The notes beneath the pieces were generated by a model, which saw nothing but the letters and a program-made list of their open reading frames with translations, was not told the DNA's origin and made no database searches. Positions 58,420-64,000 of a DNA stretch of 64,000 nt are shown here, in pieces. The stretch lies in NCBI RefSeq assembly GCF_009914755.1, contig NC_060941.1, one strand, 5' to 3'. Both the position numbers and the translations under genes were made by a program. Within the stretch, counting starts at the first letter, position 1. Each line of letters begins with the position of its first letter. The DNA comes from the human T2T-CHM13v2.0 reference genome, Homo sapiens.

Positions 58420-59043
58420 TCAAACCTCAGCTTGGATAGAGTAAGTCTACAGAAGATTAGCTCTTACTACTTCAACGGTTTTAAAACAGGGAATGTTAAA
58501 TACCCACTTATTTTCTTCCTGCCTTTTAGCTCCCACGTTTCAATTGAAACTAATATCGAACAAGCAAACAAAACAAATCAGAAACCCCCTGGTAGCCAGG
58601 GTTTGGCATTTGTGATTAATCTACAGGAGATCAGTACTAAAATAGGATATTATGTCTGAGGACATTTTCATCCTAGGTCCTACTGCAACTCGAATGGCAC
58701 TTAGGCTCCACAAGACCAACTTCCTATTTCTACATCAGTGAAGGTTCGGAGTGGAGCTTTTCATTCAGCAAAGACAGCAGGAAGCACAGGGTTCGGTGAT
58801 GAATTCTCACGTGGTGAGCGTGGTCTCCAGAGGTGTTAAGATGTTGTGGGAAAGCAGAAAGCACCAGGTTTAGAGGTGACTTAGACCTTGGTCCACGAGA
58901 CCTTTGGCTAACTACTGAATCTGGCCCTTCTTATCCATCAAAGGGAAACACTGGACTACATGGTCTAAATTTCCTTCACCTCAATAAGTAAGGGTTTCAC
59001 TCTTCTAACAAAAGAAAGAAAGAGGGTCAGGTGCAGTGGCTCA

Positions 59044-59764
<721 letters not shown>

Positions 59765-60560
59765 CTATGAAGAAAAAAAAAAAAGTATCCCCTAAAGTCT
59801 TTCTTCTTACAAAACAAAGTGTGTTTTAATTATAAGTCAAATTTCACTTTAAAGGAAGAAAATAACCCTTAGGCATTTTCTGTTCTAGTTAATTTAACTT
59901 TAATTTTTGTCTCCAGCAGGTACCTCTTCAGTAGAAAAATTCAATAAGGTTTCTGACACTTTCTACCTATGGGCCAGTTACATACAGAAGAGAAAACTGA
60001 AACTGAAAACTGGTTTGTCATTTTTACAGAAAGTCACTGCAAAGAAGGAGAATTCCAAGTGCAAATGACTTGAGTACGTAATTCTTTTGTGCCATTTCTG
60101 TTACTATAGGGTTAATCCAGTATGAAGAAAGTGACAAAGGGCAGCATTTATTTTTATGGATTCCACATTATAACCAAGTACTTGGCAACCTGCCCTCTCA
60201 TATGTTGCGAAACAAAAATGTTGCTTTCAGTGTGTTTTTAATAGGCCAAGCAGTTTGTTTGATCACAGTGGTCGGGTATACACTCAGAGACGCCAGAACA
60301 TTCTCATTGCGTTTTCACTGCTTTGGTTAACATCTTGGTCTCCTGTCCGCACTCTAAAGAACCATTTGAGGACTCAGGGGAGTCATGTCCTGGGAGTGAC
60401 TATGGGTCCTAGGCCACAGCCCCCACTCTCTCAGCCTAAACCACTCAAAGGCACTCAGATCCGGATTTGCAAAATATTTTGCAAAACTTGCAAAAACCCC
60501 ACCAGTTTTAGATTTTGAAATTGTTGGCACAGGCAACCGTCTACAATCATGAAATTCTCA

Positions 60561-61579
<1,019 letters not shown>

Positions 61580-61714
61580 TTATACCCAAAGAAAAGGGTC
61601 CCTTCCAGCTCAAGGATGTGTTAATGTAATTTTTTTTTTAACTATAAATGAAGTGCTTTGAGCAAACCTCAGAACCTTCAGGTGCACATTTTACCCTAAC
61701 TCATCTCTTTGCCC

Positions 61715-62428
61715 CATAGGCTTGACGGAAAGGTAAAAATATCCCTATGATTCTCTTCACAAGAAGGTAGCCAAGTATTTATTGGATGCAAGACAGTTTG
61801 TTTAAGGAGCCTAAAAAAGCAAAGATGCAGCGGTGAGAAAGAACAAGATCATGACCTTTGCAGGAACATGGATGGAGCTGGAGGCCATTATCCTTAGCAA
61901 ACTAACACAGGAACAGAAAACCAAGTACCGCATGTTCTCACTTAAAAGTGGGAGCTACATGATGAGAACACACAGACACATAGAAGGGAACAGCACACAC
62001 TGGGGACTTTCGGAGGGTGGAGGGTGGGAGGAAGGAGAGGATTGGGAAAAATAACTAATGGCTACTAGGCTTAAAACTTGGGGGACAAAATAATATGTAC
62101 AACAAAACCCCATGACACAAGTTTACCTAGTAACAAACCTGCACTTGTACCCCAGAACTTAAAAGTTAAAAAAAAATCTATTGACTCAAAAGCCTGGTAA
62201 GCAGCTTTCACTGTTTTCACCAAACCTCATCAGACCCAAAACAATAGACCTTCCATTGTCTTGACCAAAGGTAAAGATCCGCCTCACAAGAAAGGAGCCA
62301 GCTGTTTATTGCACGTAAGGCAGTTTTTTAAAGAACTCCTTTAAAAAACAATCTGTTGACTCAAAAGCCTCGTGACCAGCTTTCACAGTATTCACCAGAC
62401 CTCGTCAGAGCCACAATAAACTTTCCCA
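61715..62428 (+). repeat. Diverged tandem duplication, period 175 bp, first copy split by the L1PA insertion
   Basis: About 62176-62237 aligns by eye with 62351-62412, and about 61715-61818 with 62253-62349. Confidence 0.75.
61826..62176 (+). mobile_element. 5'-truncated L1PA (older primate subfamily) 3' end
   Basis: ORF2 C-terminal remnant (IMTFAGTWMELEAIILSKLTQEQKTKYRMFSL), G-rich 3'UTR, aaacctgcacttgtacccc and A tail. Confidence 0.9.
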
Positions 62429-62634
62429 TAATAGCTTCGGTGTCCCAGAAGACAGCAGCAAAGCTATGGGTTGATTTATCAGTCATTATTAACATACGTA
62501 TCTGCACACAGTTGGATTTCTTTTAAATGGGGCCTAATTTTTTTTTCTGACCCTTGTACCATGTTTGCCCACCTGATTTTGTTATCTAAAGGCTTTATGT
62601 GAAGTCAGGAGAGTTTCCAACACTAAGATGATAG

Positions 62635-63222
<588 letters not shown>

Positions 63223-64000
63223 TAATGAGACAGGGTCTAACTCTGTTGCCCAGGCTGGAGTGCAGTGGTGTGATGTCAGCTCACTGCACCTTCCACCTCC
63301 CAGTCTCAAGCAATCCTCCTGCCTCAGCTTCCTGAGTAGCTGGGACTAGGCGCATGCCACCACACCCAGTTGATTTTTGTATTTTTTGTAGAGACAGGGT
63401 TTTGCCATGTTGCCCAGGACGTTCTTGAACTCTGGGCTCAGGCGATCCTCCCGCCTCAGCCTCCCAAAGTACCTGGATTACAGGCATGAACCACCTCACC
63501 CAGCTCTTCTAAAGTCTTAATCACTTACTGAATTACAGCTCTTACCCAGAACTCTCACCTGTCTTTTGTTACTACCTTCCAGGGCATCTTTAGGGTTGTT
63601 CCCATTTTCTTCTCTTTGAAAACATCTCCTGTCTCTGATCACATGTCCTAGACCACCCACCTCCAAATCTCCTTTATGCCACCAGGTGATCTCAATACTG
63701 TCACTTCAGTCATAATTGCAAGATTTTTCTTACTGATTCCTTTTATCTTGCGTTGGAACACAGGTTTGTTACACACCCCAATATCCATTCTCTCCCTCCT
63801 TGATTTTCAGATGGAACATGGCTGCTCAGACTACAATTCACAGCCTCTCTTGCAGTTAGAAATTGTCCTGGAACAGGCTGGGCACAGTGGCTCACACCAG
63901 TAATCCTAGCACTTTGGGAGGCTGAGGCAGGCAGATCACCTGAGGTCAGGAGTTCAAGACCAGCCTGACCAACATGGAGAAATGCCATCTCTACTAAAAA

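Noticed and set aside
61833-62054. 73-aa ORF
   Set aside because: C-terminal remnant of L1 ORF2 in a truncated L1PA.

Overview
Human (primate) genomic DNA, very Alu-rich (about 70 Alus by eye). It contains the 5' end of HELZ (UPF1-like SF1 helicase with zinc finger) on the minus strand. A CpG-island promoter lies at about 44.3-46.1 kb. Three non-coding leader exons (about 44994-44909, 43600-43545, 39289-39233) are followed by the first four coding exons (18619-18392, 15732-15696, 3224-3100, 966-910), encoding residues 1-143; the gene continues past the left edge. A disabled RPL36A processed pseudogene sits antisense in intron 3. About 18 kb of upstream DNA is mostly Alu, L1 and L2 debris. The most striking signal is the spliced leader of about 217 nt. 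It holds 8 upstream AUGs, several chained by overlapping stop/start motifs (ATGA, TAATG, TAATG, TGATG), and ends in an in-frame uORF that stops 3 nt before the HELZ AUG. Leader-exon skipping would rewire this array. Other observations: a degenerate TPR-like N-terminus, a tight inverted-Alu hairpin, an L1-interrupted 175-bp tandem duplication with AP-1 sites, and candidate enhancers. Repeat boundaries are approximate and subfamily calls were made by eye.
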